Below, piece by piece: positions 9,845-19,621 of a DNA stretch of 64,000 bases. The notes under the pieces are model-generated. The model saw nothing but the letters and a program-made list of their open reading frames with translations, had not been told where the DNA came from and searched no databases. The stretch covers positions 864,001 through 928,000 of the forward strand of contig CAWDTA010000002.1 in assembly GCA_963805085.1 (NCBI GenBank). Reading direction: 5' to 3'. The first letter of the stretch is position 1. The number at the start of each line of letters is the position of its first letter. This DNA comes from an uncultured Veillonellaceae bacterium (GTDB lineage Bacteria > Bacillota > Negativicutes > JARBTT01). Position numbers and translations under genes: made by a program.

Positions 9845-10759
9845 TTATATATTCCAATAAGTAAGTAAGCTGGTCATGATAATAATGCTAATCGGAATGG
9901 CAAAAGAACTACAAATACCAGACAATTTCGTATCGGCACCACACTTTTCCGTAAAGATTGTCGTGCTGATTGGAATTGGCGAGAATGTCGTGAGAATCAC
10001 GACTTGCTTAATCGCCATCGAGAATGAAGTGTAGTAGTAAATGATGGCTGCAAACATAGTCGCTGTAACAAGGCGAACTGCTAATACCTTCGTGACATGG
10101 AGCCGTTGATATGTTTCTAATTTTCCCTCAAACAGCATGCCAATGAGCAGCATACATAAAAAGGGATTGGCACTACCGATATGCGAAGTGATGAAAAAAA
10201 TAAAAGCAGGCAATTTTATGCCTGCTATTGTAATAAATAGCATAATCATATACACATCAAAGGGAATGGACGATAGCATCTTTTTTATAAAGTTTTTTAG
10301 CTTTTGTTTTTCGCTATTTCCAGCGATCTCTGAAGCCAAAGCATACGTAATGCCTGTACACATGACGGAGTTACCAATGTCAAACATACTGGTAACAATA
10401 ACCCCGAAAGGACCTAAGGCAGTTTGAACAAAAGGAAGAGTAAAGCAGCCGATATTATAGCCAGGCATATTTAAGACATTAAATGCTTTAATTTCATTAT
10501 GCTGATCAAAGGATAATAATAACGCGAGGATACAAACGATAATATTAAACAGGAGGCTGACAAGGATCACATAATATAACGATGAATCCATGGTAAAGTT
10601 GGCAAACCCTGAAATCAAGGCACAAGGCAACGTAATGAGCATAATCAGATTGGTAATTAATCTACGGCCTTCTAACGTAACGAAATCTTGCCTTTTTAAG
10701 ATATAACCAATGATAATAATGATGATTAAGCTAAGTGCATTTAGTAGAACATTACTCAT
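9845..10759 (-). CDS. AEC (auxin efflux carrier) family transporter
   Basis: ITLPCAL, GYNIGCFTLPF..GPFGV; about 10 TM segments in two repeats. Confidence 0.85.
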   Translation of the reverse strand: MSNVLLNALSLIIIIIIGYILKRQDFVTLEGRRLITNLIMLITLPCALISGFANFTMDSSLYYVILVSLLFNIIVCILALLLSFDQHNEIKAFNVLNMPGYNIGCFTLPFVQTALGPFGVIVTSMFDIGNSVMCTGITYALASEIAGNSEKQKLKNFIKKMLSSIPFDVYMIMLFITIAGIKLPAFIFFITSHIGSANPFLCMLLIGMLFEGKLETYQRLHVTKVLAVRLVTATMFAAIIYYYTSFSMAIKQVVILTTFSPIPISTTIFTEKCGADTKLSGICSSFAIPISIIIMTSLLTYWNI

Positions 10760-10836
10760 AAAAAACCTCTTTTAATAAATACTTTTATCTTATGATAACG
10801 CCTAGAAAAGATAACCGCAAGGTAAGTTGTAAAGAG

Positions 10837-10880
10837 AAAACCAGCCAACGGTAGCTTTCTTGCTAACGTTGGCTGGTTTT
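10837..10880 (-). terminator. Terminator after the DeoR regulator
   Basis: aaaaccagccaacg / cgttggctggtttt. Confidence 0.7.
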
Positions 10881-11678
10881 TTAGATAATTTCATCTAAAG
10901 GGTCGAGCTCGATGATTTCAATCCCTTTGCCGCGAAGGAGGGAAATTTCAGTTTCATCAGCGCCTTTATTCGTAATGATGGTTGAAATTTTATCTAGGGA
11001 ACCACTGAGAAAATTATGCTGCTTGCCAATTTTTGAACTGCCAGCTAATACAAAGCAAGGGCCAATGCAACGTTTTAACATCATATCATTGATGGGGGTT
11101 TCTTGCAGTACAGAGGTGGTAATGCCACCGCGAATACTAATACCACCGACGCCAATAAAGGTTTTGTTAGCAGTGATTTTTGTTAATGTATGAATGGCAA
11201 ATTCACCAACCATGGATTGCTTTCTTTCGTAAATTTCGCCACCAGTTAATACGACTTCTACCCGAGGGTCTTTTTCAGCATTAATTGCTTTTCCATTGTT
11301 CGTAATGACAATCACTCGTTTATTGGTCAGGTATTTTAAAATTAGTAAAGCCGTAGAGCTTGAGTTAATAAAGATGGTATCCCCATCGTCAATCAGTGAA
11401 GCTGCATATTTAGCAATCGCATGTTTTTGTAAAATACTTTTTGGCGATAAGGTATCTGGTGCGGGGTCTTCTTTTAAGTTTCCTTCTAATAATTTTGCAC
11501 CACCATGAAATCTCGCGACGATATTTTGTTGTTCAAAGATCTGTAGATCACGACGAATTGTCGTTGGTGATACTTTCATCTCTTCCGCAAGATCATCGAC
11601 TTGTACACTGTTATGCTCTTTTAAACATTTTAAAATATATTGCTGACGTTTAAATACAATGCCTTTGCTCTTTTTCAT
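10881..11678 (-). CDS. DeoR/GlpR transcriptional regulator (UlaR-like)
   Basis: HTH VSPTTIRRDL..RFHGGA; sensor domain K.AIAKYAA..GDTIFI, VITNN; divergent from ulaG. Confidence 0.92.
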   Translation of the reverse strand: MKKSKGIVFKRQQYILKCLKEHNSVQVDDLAEEMKVSPTTIRRDLQIFEQQNIVARFHGGAKLLEGNLKEDPAPDTLSPKSILQKHAIAKYAASLIDDGDTIFINSSSTALLILKYLTNKRVIVITNNGKAINAEKDPRVEVVLTGGEIYERKQSMVGEFAIHTLTKITANKTFIGVGGISIRGGITTSVLQETPINDMMLKRCIGPCFVLAGSSKIGKQHNFLSGSLDKISTIITNKGADETEISLLRGKGIEIIELDPLDEII

Positions 11679-11750
11679 GATACGGTTCGTCCTTTCAATA
11701 CGTGCATATAATACAATTTTATTATTCGTTTAATGTCCAAATTATAGATG

Positions 11751-12056
11751 AAATGAACATCGATTATTTTGTTTTTATCCATAAGATACTTATATTATAA
11801 TACAATTCTATGGAAATAAACAACTGTTATTAATAAAAAAACATACATATGATCATAAAATTAATTATATCCATATATTATATGATCGTTTTAAATAAAT
11901 AAGCATATAATATTGAACATAAACGAAAAATATTAGATTTATACTTGTAAATCAATAATAAAAGGTGTAATATAAAAACATAAACAATGCTCGTTTGAGA
12001 AAAAATTAAGTGAAATGAGCATAAAATAAATTATATATTGCAAAACGAACATAACG
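11751..12056. promoter_or_regulatory. Divergent ulaR/ulaG control region with repeated (TG)AACATAA-like motifs
   Basis: atgaacat (11753), atgatcataa (11849), tgaacataaa (11914), aaacataaa (11976), tgagcataaa (12016), cgaacataa (12046). Confidence 0.45.
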
Positions 12057-12066
12057 GAGGAATATC

Positions 12067-13131
12067 ATGAGCAAAGTTAAAGAAATTAGCAGAGAATCAT
12101 GGATTTTAAGCACATTTCCAGAGTGGGGCACTTGGTTAAATGAAGAAATTGAACAAGAAGTAGTTGCGCCTGGAACATTTGCAATGTGGTGGCTAGGATG
12201 CACTGGTATATGGGTAAAATCAGAAGGAAGTGCGAATATTTGCATTGATTTTTGGTGTGGTAGTGGTAAAAGAACCAAAGCAAAACCCAATATGGATCCG
12301 CAACATCAAATGGCCAGAATGTGTGGTGGAAAAAAATTACAACCAAACTTAAGAGTAGCACCATTTGTCCTTGATCCATTTGGCATTAAACAAATTGATG
12401 CGGTATTATCCACTCATTATCATAATGATCATATTGATGTCAATGTTGCTGCAGCAGTTATGCAAAATTGTGCAAGTGATGTTTCCTTTATCGGACCTAG
12501 ATATTGCGTTGAAAAATGGATGGAATGGGGCGTGCCAGCAGAGCGTTGCATTACCGTAAAACCTGGTGATGTAGTAAAAGTAAAAGATATGGAAATCGTA
12601 GCATTAGAATCTTTTGATCGTACAGCTTTGATTACAGCACCACCAGATGGAGATTTAAAAGGTTGGTCACCAGATGATATGGATGAAAAAGCGGTAAACT
12701 ATCTAATCAAAACTCCAGGTGGTAATCTTTATCACAGTGGTGATTCTCATTATTCCAATTATTATGCAAAGCATGGCAATGATTACAAAATTAATGTTGC
12801 ATTAGGTTCTTATGGTGAAAATCCTCGTGGCATTACCGATAAAATGACAGCTTCTGATATTCTTCGTATGGGTGAATCCTTAAATACAGAGGTAGTAATT
12901 CCGTTCCATCATGATATTTGGGCTAATTTCCAAGCTGATCCAGCAGAAATTACGGCTTTATATGAAATGAAAAAACATCGCCTGCAATATAAATTTAAAC
13001 CATTTATCTGGCAAGTTGGTGGAAAATTCGTATTCCCAGCGGATAAAGATAAGAGAGAATATCATTATCCAAGAGGTTTCGAAGATTGCTTTGCAAAAGA
13101 TATTAATCTACCATTCACTAGCTTCTTATAA
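12067..13131 (+). CDS. ulaG: L-ascorbate-6-phosphate lactonase
   Basis: [28 protein letters not shown]; metallo-beta-lactamase motifs THYHNDH and HSGDSH. Confidence 0.97.
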   Translation: MSKVKEISRESWILSTFPEWGTWLNEEIEQEVVAPGTFAMWWLGCTGIWVKSEGSANICIDFWCGSGKRTKAKPNMDPQHQMARMCGGKKLQPNLRVAPFVLDPFGIKQIDAVLSTHYHNDHIDVNVAAAVMQNCASDVSFIGPRYCVEKWMEWGVPAERCITVKPGDVVKVKDMEIVALESFDRTALITAPPDGDLKGWSPDDMDEKAVNYLIKTPGGNLYHSGDSHYSNYYAKHGNDYKINVALGSYGENPRGITDKMTASDILRMGESLNTEVVIPFHHDIWANFQADPAEITALYEMKKHRLQYKFKPFIWQVGGKFVFPADKDKREYHYPRGFEDCFAKDINLPFTSFL

Positions 13132-13245
13132 GACTGTATAAAGCTTTAATGGATACTGCATTAAAATTCGGTTTGTGATCTCTTTTAGATTTTGCAAACC
13201 GTATTTGTCGAATTATTTGAAAATTGAAAATAGGTGGCGAATTAT

Positions 13246-13680
13246 ATGTTTCAAAAATTAATTAAAACGAAACGATATTCCTTCCATAAAGGTTTTGCAA
13301 CGTGGGAAGAAGCTGTTAGAGCGGCTTGTCAACCACTACTTGCTGATAAAACAATCGAACCAGAGTATCCAGATGCGATTATTGGCAAAGTAAAAGAACT
13401 TGGACCATATATCGTCATTGCCCCTAATATCTGCATTCCTCATGCGCAAGAAGGCGTAGGGGTAAATGATACGGCAATTTGTTTTATGAAAACAGAGGAA
13501 CCAGTTCATTTCAGTGATGACCCTAATTATGATGCTAAGTTGTTTTTTGTACTAGCTTCTGTTGATAATACAATCCATTTAGAAAACCTTTGTGAGTTAT
13601 CAGAGTTGTTATCAGATGAAGAAATTGTGGAAAAATTGTTAGCGGCAAAATCCGTAGAAGACTTAAAAGAGTTACCTTGA
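13246..13680 (+). CDS. ulaC: PTS ascorbate EIIA
   Basis: WEEAVR..GPYIVIAPNICIPHA (phospho-His). Confidence 0.88.
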   Translation: MFQKLIKTKRYSFHKGFATWEEAVRAACQPLLADKTIEPEYPDAIIGKVKELGPYIVIAPNICIPHAQEGVGVNDTAICFMKTEEPVHFSDDPNYDAKLFFVLASVDNTIHLENLCELSELLSDEEIVEKLLAAKSVEDLKELP

Positions 13681-13735
13681 TAATAAAAAATTATAATCCG
13701 AGGTTTAAAATCGCAATTATAGGAGGTATACACAT

Positions 13736-15193
13736 ATGGAATTTCTAATGGTTGTTTGGGAATTTTTCCAGAACAACGTATTAACAAAACCTCAATTCTT
13801 CGTCGGTCTAATTGTATTTGTCGGTTATTTATTATTACAAAAACCAATTTATGAAGCACTTGCTGGGTTCATAAAAGCGGTTGTTGGCTATATGATATTG
13901 ATGGTAGCATCTGGTGGATTGGTTGGTAATTTCCGTCCAGTACTTGTAGGTTTAAAGGATAGATTTGATTTATCTGCAGCGGTTATTGATCCATATTTTG
14001 GTCAAGCAGCAGCGCAAGCATCGGTTGAAAGTGTTGGACGATCATTCTCAATGATGATGCTCGTACTATTAATTGCATTTTCATTTAACTTGTTACTTGT
14101 GTTATTTAGAAGATATACAAAAATCCGTACCCTGTTCATTACTGGTCACGTAATGGTACAACAATCCTCTACAGCTTTATGGCTCGTGCTTTTTTGTTTT
14201 CCTCAACTACAAGATGCTGGAGTAGTCGTGATGCTGGGAATCTTACTTGGCACGTACTGGTCAGTGGCCTCCAATCTTACGGTTGAACCTTGTCAAAAGT
14301 TAACGGAAGGTGGCGGTTTTGCGACAGGTCATCAACAAATGTTTGGTATTTGGTTCGTATCCAAAATCGCTGGTAAAATCGGTGATAAAAAGAAATCGAT
14401 TGAAAGTTTAAAATTACCTGGTTTCTTATCGATTTTCAATGAAAACGTTGTAGCAACTGGTATTCTAATGTTATTTTTCTTTGGTGCGATTATCACAATT
14501 TTAGGCCCAGATATGATGCATAAAATTGATAAAAGCTTTGCTACAGAGCAGAATTTTGCGTTCTATATTGTTGAGAAATCCTTTAACTTCTCAGTTTATT
14601 TAACAATCTTACAATTAGGGGTAAGAATGTTCGTATCGGAATTAACAGAATCTTTCCAAGGAATTTCCAACAAAATTCTTCCAGGTTCAATGCCGGCTGT
14701 TGACTGTGCGGCTACGTATGGCTTTGGTCATCCTAATGCAGTTACAATCGGGTTCTTATTTGGTGCACTCGGTCAATTCACAGCAATCATCGGATTACTT
14801 GTATTTCAAAGTCCTATCCTGATCATCAGTGGATTCGTACCGTTGTTCTTCGATAATGCAACTTTTGCTGTATTTGCGAACCGATTAGGTGGGATCAAAG
14901 CTGCCGTCATTATCACTTACTTCTCCGGTATGACGCAAGTTCTTGGTGGTGCCTTCGCTGCTTACTTCTTTATGACTGGTAAGTTCGGTGGGTGGCATGG
15001 TAACTTTGACTGGGATACGATTTGGCCAGCAATTGGTGTGATCATGAAATATGGTCAATATGTTGGGGTAGCAGCTGTGGTTATTTTATTACTTGCAATT
15101 CCACAAATTCTATATCGTCAAAACAGAGATACCTATTTCTTAATCGCGGAAGATTATGATAAATATCTTGAGGTAAAAGGCGAAAAAGAATAA
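13736..15193 (+). CDS. ulaA: PTS ascorbate EIIC
   Basis: FITGHVMVQQ, GHQQMFG, QLGVRMFV.EL..SFQGIS, PAVDCA, GFVPLFFDNA. Confidence 0.95.
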   Translation: MEFLMVVWEFFQNNVLTKPQFFVGLIVFVGYLLLQKPIYEALAGFIKAVVGYMILMVASGGLVGNFRPVLVGLKDRFDLSAAVIDPYFGQAAAQASVESVGRSFSMMMLVLLIAFSFNLLLVLFRRYTKIRTLFITGHVMVQQSSTALWLVLFCFPQLQDAGVVVMLGILLGTYWSVASNLTVEPCQKLTEGGGFATGHQQMFGIWFVSKIAGKIGDKKKSIESLKLPGFLSIFNENVVATGILMLFFFGAIITILGPDMMHKIDKSFATEQNFAFYIVEKSFNFSVYLTILQLGVRMFVSELTESFQGISNKILPGSMPAVDCAATYGFGHPNAVTIGFLFGALGQFTAIIGLLVFQSPILIISGFVPLFFDNATFAVFANRLGGIKAAVIITYFSGMTQVLGGAFAAYFFMTGKFGGWHGNFDWDTIWPAIGVIMKYGQYVGVAAVVILLLAIPQILYRQNRDTYFLIAEDYDKYLEVKGEKE

Positions 15194-15243
15194 GTAATAG
15201 CTAGTTGTATAAATATTACAAATTTAAAAATGAGGTGTTCATT

Positions 15244-15537
15244 ATGTTAAAAGTAATTGCTGCCTGCGGTAGTGGGATGGGTTCAAGTCAGATTATAAAA
15301 ATGAAATTAGAAAAAGTATTTAAGAAACTTGGCATTGAGGCAAGTATTTATCATACCAACGTTGGTGATGCAAAATCACAAGCTGGTAATTATGATGTAG
15401 TTGTTTGTTCTGAATCATTGATTGGAACATTTACCAATGCATCCGCAAAAGGAATTACGGTAATCGGTCTTAAAAATTTATTGTCAGAAAAAGAAATTGA
15501 AGAAAAAGTAACTGAAAATATCGTAAATAAACAATAA
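15244..15537 (+). CDS. ulaB: PTS ascorbate EIIB
   Basis: ACGSGMGSS phospho-Cys loop. Confidence 0.92.
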   Translation: MLKVIAACGSGMGSSQIIKMKLEKVFKKLGIEASIYHTNVGDAKSQAGNYDVVVCSESLIGTFTNASAKGITVIGLKNLLSEKEIEEKVTENIVNKQ

Positions 15538-15606
15538 AATAGACAGTTTGAATAATGGGAAAATAGAAATATTTTCCCATTGTTTGGAGTTGGGAGTGTT
15601 TTTAGT

Positions 15607-16638
15607 ATGAAAATAGAAAAGAAATTTTTAACGAAATTGCATAGATGTTACGCGACAAGCAGTACAGTGATTGATGGCGAAAAGAAAATCTTATTTGCAA
15701 CAGAAGGCGAAGGCCCATGTTACATGTACTCCGGGGCTGAATTTGAGCAGTCTACTGTTTGGGACGGTCCTGGCGGTACGATGTCTATCGTTGCTGTTCC
15801 TGGTAAAAACGGTGATTTTTTAGCAGTGCAAAACTTTTTTCCAACGTTTCAATCGGAGAAGGCAACCATAGTTTGGGGTAAGCCACAAGCGGATGGTAAG
15901 TGGCAGGTAAAAACATTGTTTAAAATGCCATATATTCATAGATTCGATATTCTTTCGGCGGATGGTGTGAATTATTTTATTGGCTGCACGCTTTGTACCA
16001 GCAAAATAGAAAAAGAAGACTGGTCAGATCCAGGGAAAATCTATGTTGGTGTCATTCCAGAAGATTTGGATGAGCCAATAGAACTTAAGATTATCAAAAC
16101 AGGCATGACCAAGAATCACGGCTATAGCCACGTGATTTGGCATGGTAAAATGGCGGGCATGGTTACTTGTGAAGAGGGGGTATTTGCTGTAACGCCACCG
16201 CAAAAAGCAGGCGAAGCATGGACGATTGAAACAGTGCTTGAGCGTCCAGTCAGTGATATTGCTGTTGTTGATATTGATGGCGACGGCGTGGATGAATTGG
16301 TAACGATTGAGCCATTCCATGGTAATCAATTTTTAATTAACAAGAAAACAGACAAAGATTATCAAGTTGTTTATCAATATCCCGAAAAGATGGAGTTTGG
16401 TCATGTAGTATGGGGTGGTCAGTTAAGAGGCGTGCCAACGATTATTGGTGGACAAAGAAGACATGCAAAGGATTTGTTCTATATTCAATATAAAAATGGT
16501 GAGTATGTAAAAACGACAATCGAAACAGATATCGGACCTAGTAATGTTGCCGTGATCACTGATAAAGATCATGATATTATCATTTCTGCTAACCGTGAAA
16601 TCGGTGAAGCTGTTTTATATTTGGTTACTGATAAATGA
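15607..16638 (+). CDS. Hypothetical cytoplasmic beta-propeller protein with an FG-GAP-like repeat
   Basis: 343 aa, beta-rich, no signal peptide; DIAVVDIDGDGVDELV loop; His motifs IHRF, NHGY, EPFHGN, GHVVW. Confidence 0.8.
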   Translation: MKIEKKFLTKLHRCYATSSTVIDGEKKILFATEGEGPCYMYSGAEFEQSTVWDGPGGTMSIVAVPGKNGDFLAVQNFFPTFQSEKATIVWGKPQADGKWQVKTLFKMPYIHRFDILSADGVNYFIGCTLCTSKIEKEDWSDPGKIYVGVIPEDLDEPIELKIIKTGMTKNHGYSHVIWHGKMAGMVTCEEGVFAVTPPQKAGEAWTIETVLERPVSDIAVVDIDGDGVDELVTIEPFHGNQFLINKKTDKDYQVVYQYPEKMEFGHVVWGGQLRGVPTIIGGQRRHAKDLFYIQYKNGEYVKTTIETDIGPSNVAVITDKDHDIIISANREIGEAVLYLVTDK

Positions 16639-16664
16639 CTTTAGGCTAAAGGGGATTGAAAAGC

Positions 16665-17357
16665 ATGTTAGAAGAGTTGAAACAAAAAGTTTATGAAGCC
16701 AATATGTTATTGCCGAAATATGGGCTGATCACCTTTACTTGGGGCAATGTTTCTGCGATTGATAGAGAATCAGGTCTGTTTGTGATTAAACCATCGGGTG
16801 TAGAGTATGACAAAATGGCAGCAGAAGATATGATTGTCGTTGATCTGAATGGTAACGTTATCGAAGGAAGATTAAAACCATCTTCCGATACACCGACACA
16901 TTTAAAATTGTATCAAGAATTTAAGAATATTGGTGGTGTTGTCCATACGCATTCACGCTGGGCAACAGTTTTTGCCCAAGCGGGTTTTGCTATTAAGGCT
17001 TATGGAACAACACAAGCAGATTATTTTCATGGCACGATTCCTTGTACGGAGGCGATGACGAAAGTGGCGATTGAAGGCGAATATGAGTATAATACGGGAA
17101 ATAGTATCGTGGATACATTTAAAGAAAGTAACCCTGATCATATGCCAGCAGTTTTAGTGAGAAATCATGGACCTTTCACTTGGGGCAAAGATGCCTTTGA
17201 AGCTGTGCATAACGCAGTAGTATTGGAAGAAGTGGCAATGATCGCGTTCAATACGGAGTTACTAAGTCAGGGGAAGGTAGCGTCGATGCCAAAAATGTTG
17301 TTAGATAAACATTTTTGGCGTAAGCATGGGCCAAATGCTTATTACGGACAAAAATAA
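16665..17357 (+). CDS. araD: L-ribulose-5-phosphate 4-epimerase (AraD/UlaF)
   Basis: [37 protein letters not shown]. Confidence 0.95.
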   Translation: MLEELKQKVYEANMLLPKYGLITFTWGNVSAIDRESGLFVIKPSGVEYDKMAAEDMIVVDLNGNVIEGRLKPSSDTPTHLKLYQEFKNIGGVVHTHSRWATVFAQAGFAIKAYGTTQADYFHGTIPCTEAMTKVAIEGEYEYNTGNSIVDTFKESNPDHMPAVLVRNHGPFTWGKDAFEAVHNAVVLEEVAMIAFNTELLSQGKVASMPKMLLDKHFWRKHGPNAYYGQK

Positions 17358-17372
17358 GGATAGGTACTAAAC

Positions 17373-17423
17373 CTTGCTCGCTTTGCTAGTCTCGCTGTTT
17401 TTGTGGGCAAGCAGAGCGAGCAA
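17373..17423. repeat. GC-rich intra-operon hairpin
   Basis: ttgctcgctttgct...agcagagcgagcaa between araD and ulaE, without a U-tail. Confidence 0.5.
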
Positions 17424-17461
17424 CTCTTTAATCAGATTTATTTCGACGAAGGAAGTGAATG

Positions 17462-18307
17462 ATGATGAAAAATTATATGCTAGGGCTATATGAAAAATCC
17501 ATGCCAGAAACATTGACTTGGGAGGAAAAATTACAAGAGGCGAAAGTGGCCAATTTTGATTTTGTTGAAATGAGTATCGATGAAACTGATGCAAAATTGG
17601 CAAGGTTAGATATGACAAAAACTGAGAAAAAGCAGCTCTGTGAAGTGATGGAGACCGTTGGGATTCCCATTAGAACGATTTGCTTAAGTGGTCATCGTAA
17701 ATATCCGTTAGGCAGTAATGATGCAGAGACAAGGGTGAGAAGTTTAGAAATTATGGAAAAGGCAATCGATTTAGCCTGCGATTTAGGCGTAAGAATTATT
17801 CAACTTGCTGGCTATGATGTTTATTATGAAGAAGCTTCTGTGCAAACAAGAGCAGCGTTTGAAGAAAACCTTGCCAAATGTACCTTGATGGCAGCTAAAA
17901 AAGGTGTGCTATTGGGATTTGAAACAATGGAAACCGAGTTTATGAATACCATGAAGAAAGCAATGTATTATGTAAATAAAATAGATTCGCCGTATCTCCA
18001 TGTATATCCCGATGCAGGAAACCTTACGAATGCTGCAATGATGTATCAAACCGATCTTTTTGATGATATCAAAAGTGGTGCTGGACATATCGTTGCCTGT
18101 CATTTAAAAGAAACTGTCCCAGGAAAATATAGAGAAATACCATTTGGTTCAGGGCATGTTGATTTTAAGGCAATCGTTGATACTACTTGGACATTCGGTG
18201 TAAGGACGTATGTGGCAGAGTTTTGGTATACGGGCAGTGAATCGTGGCAAAGTGATTTAAAAGAGGTAAATCATTTTCTTTCGGCAAATTTTTTTGATAA
18301 AGTTTGA
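17462..18307 (+). CDS. ulaE: L-xylulose-5-phosphate 3-epimerase
   Basis: LGLYEKSM, FDFVEMSIDETD, CLSGHRKYPLGS, IQLAGYDVYYE. Confidence 0.95.
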   Translation: MMKNYMLGLYEKSMPETLTWEEKLQEAKVANFDFVEMSIDETDAKLARLDMTKTEKKQLCEVMETVGIPIRTICLSGHRKYPLGSNDAETRVRSLEIMEKAIDLACDLGVRIIQLAGYDVYYEEASVQTRAAFEENLAKCTLMAAKKGVLLGFETMETEFMNTMKKAMYYVNKIDSPYLHVYPDAGNLTNAAMMYQTDLFDDIKSGAGHIVACHLKETVPGKYREIPFGSGHVDFKAIVDTTWTFGVRTYVAEFWYTGSESWQSDLKEVNHFLSANFFDKV

Positions 18308-18402
18308 TAAAATTTGATAAAATAATGATTGCAAACAAAGATGAAATGTAGTATTTATAGTATAGGAAGCAGTTCAAATTTAATGTAAGGAATGATCTAA
18401 CA

Positions 18403-19377
18403 TTGAGTAAAGTAAAAAAGATAGGTGTGTTAACAAGCGGTGGAGATTCCCCAGGAATGAATGCAGTTGTCAGGGCTGTTGTTAGAAGTGCAAAGGAATT
18501 TGGTTTAGAAGTAGTCGGTATTTGTCGAGGCTACAATGGCTTAATGAATGGTGATGTGATTAAGCTTGACAATCGATCCGTTGGTGACATTATCCAGCGT
18601 GGCGGTACGATGCTTTATACGGCACGTTGTTTAGAATTTATGGAACTTGCTGGACAAGAGCAGGGCTATAAAACTGCGCAGAAGCTTGGGATTGATGGGC
18701 TGGTTGTCGTTGGCGGAGATGGATCGTTTCGGGGGGCTGCGGCACTCAGTAAACTTGGACTCCCGACAGTGGGGATTCCTGGTACGATTGACAATGATAT
18801 TGTTTGTACCGATTACTCGATTGGTTTTGACACTGCCTGTAATATAGCAATGGAAGCAGTAGATAGATTGAGAGATACGACGCAAAGTCATGAAAAATGT
18901 AGTTTGGTAGAAGTTATGGGCCGGCACGCTGGACACTTAGCATTAAATGTTGGCGTGGCAACTGGAGCGACAGCAGTGTTGATACCAGAAAAAGAATATG
19001 ATCTAAAAAGAGATATTTCTGAGAAAATTTTAGCGGCGCAAAAATCCGGTAAAACGCATCACATTATTATTGTTGCGGAAGGCTGTAAAGACAATGTGGC
19101 TGAAATTGGCAAACAAATAGAGGCTGATACTGGCATTAGCTCACGCTTAACAGTCCTTGGACATATCCAACGTGGTGGTGCGCCAACCGTAATTGATCGG
19201 GTAAATGCAACTAAAATGGGCTATCATGCCGTAGAACTATTAAAAGAAGGTATCGGTAATCGGTTAGTTTCAATTAAAGATGACCATGTTGTAGACTTTG
19301 ACATCAAAGAAGGTCTAGCGATGAAAAAATCGATTGATGAAAAACTCTATAATGTTTGCCGTATCGTATCAAAATAA
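18403..19377 (+). CDS. pfkA: ATP-dependent 6-phosphofructokinase
   Basis: TSGGDSPGMNA, GGDGS, PGTIDND, EVMGR, LGHIQRGG. Confidence 0.96.
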   Translation: MSKVKKIGVLTSGGDSPGMNAVVRAVVRSAKEFGLEVVGICRGYNGLMNGDVIKLDNRSVGDIIQRGGTMLYTARCLEFMELAGQEQGYKTAQKLGIDGLVVVGGDGSFRGAAALSKLGLPTVGIPGTIDNDIVCTDYSIGFDTACNIAMEAVDRLRDTTQSHEKCSLVEVMGRHAGHLALNVGVATGATAVLIPEKEYDLKRDISEKILAAQKSGKTHHIIIVAEGCKDNVAEIGKQIEADTGISSRLTVLGHIQRGGAPTVIDRVNATKMGYHAVELLKEGIGNRLVSIKDDHVVDFDIKEGLAMKKSIDEKLYNVCRIVSK

Positions 19378-19393
19378 AATTTAAATGGAAGAT

Positions 19394-19428
19394 AAAAACC
19401 AGCATTAGATTACGAATGCTGGTTTTTT
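19394..19428 (+). terminator. Intrinsic terminator after pfkA
   Basis: aaaaaccagcatt / aatgctggttttt. Confidence 0.8.
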
Positions 19429-19621
19429 GTTTGCAGCTAGTAGTTTGACATTTTTTATAGTTTCGCTTATTATAAATTGCTTAGCAAGATGACTCAAGGC
19501 GAATATGGTGTAAAAATCTTTGCTAGGGGATTAAAACCCTAGCATTTATTATGGACTTCATGTTAGTAGATACTAACATAGTTATATTTGATGAATTTAT
19601 ATAAAAGGAGTAACAAGATTT

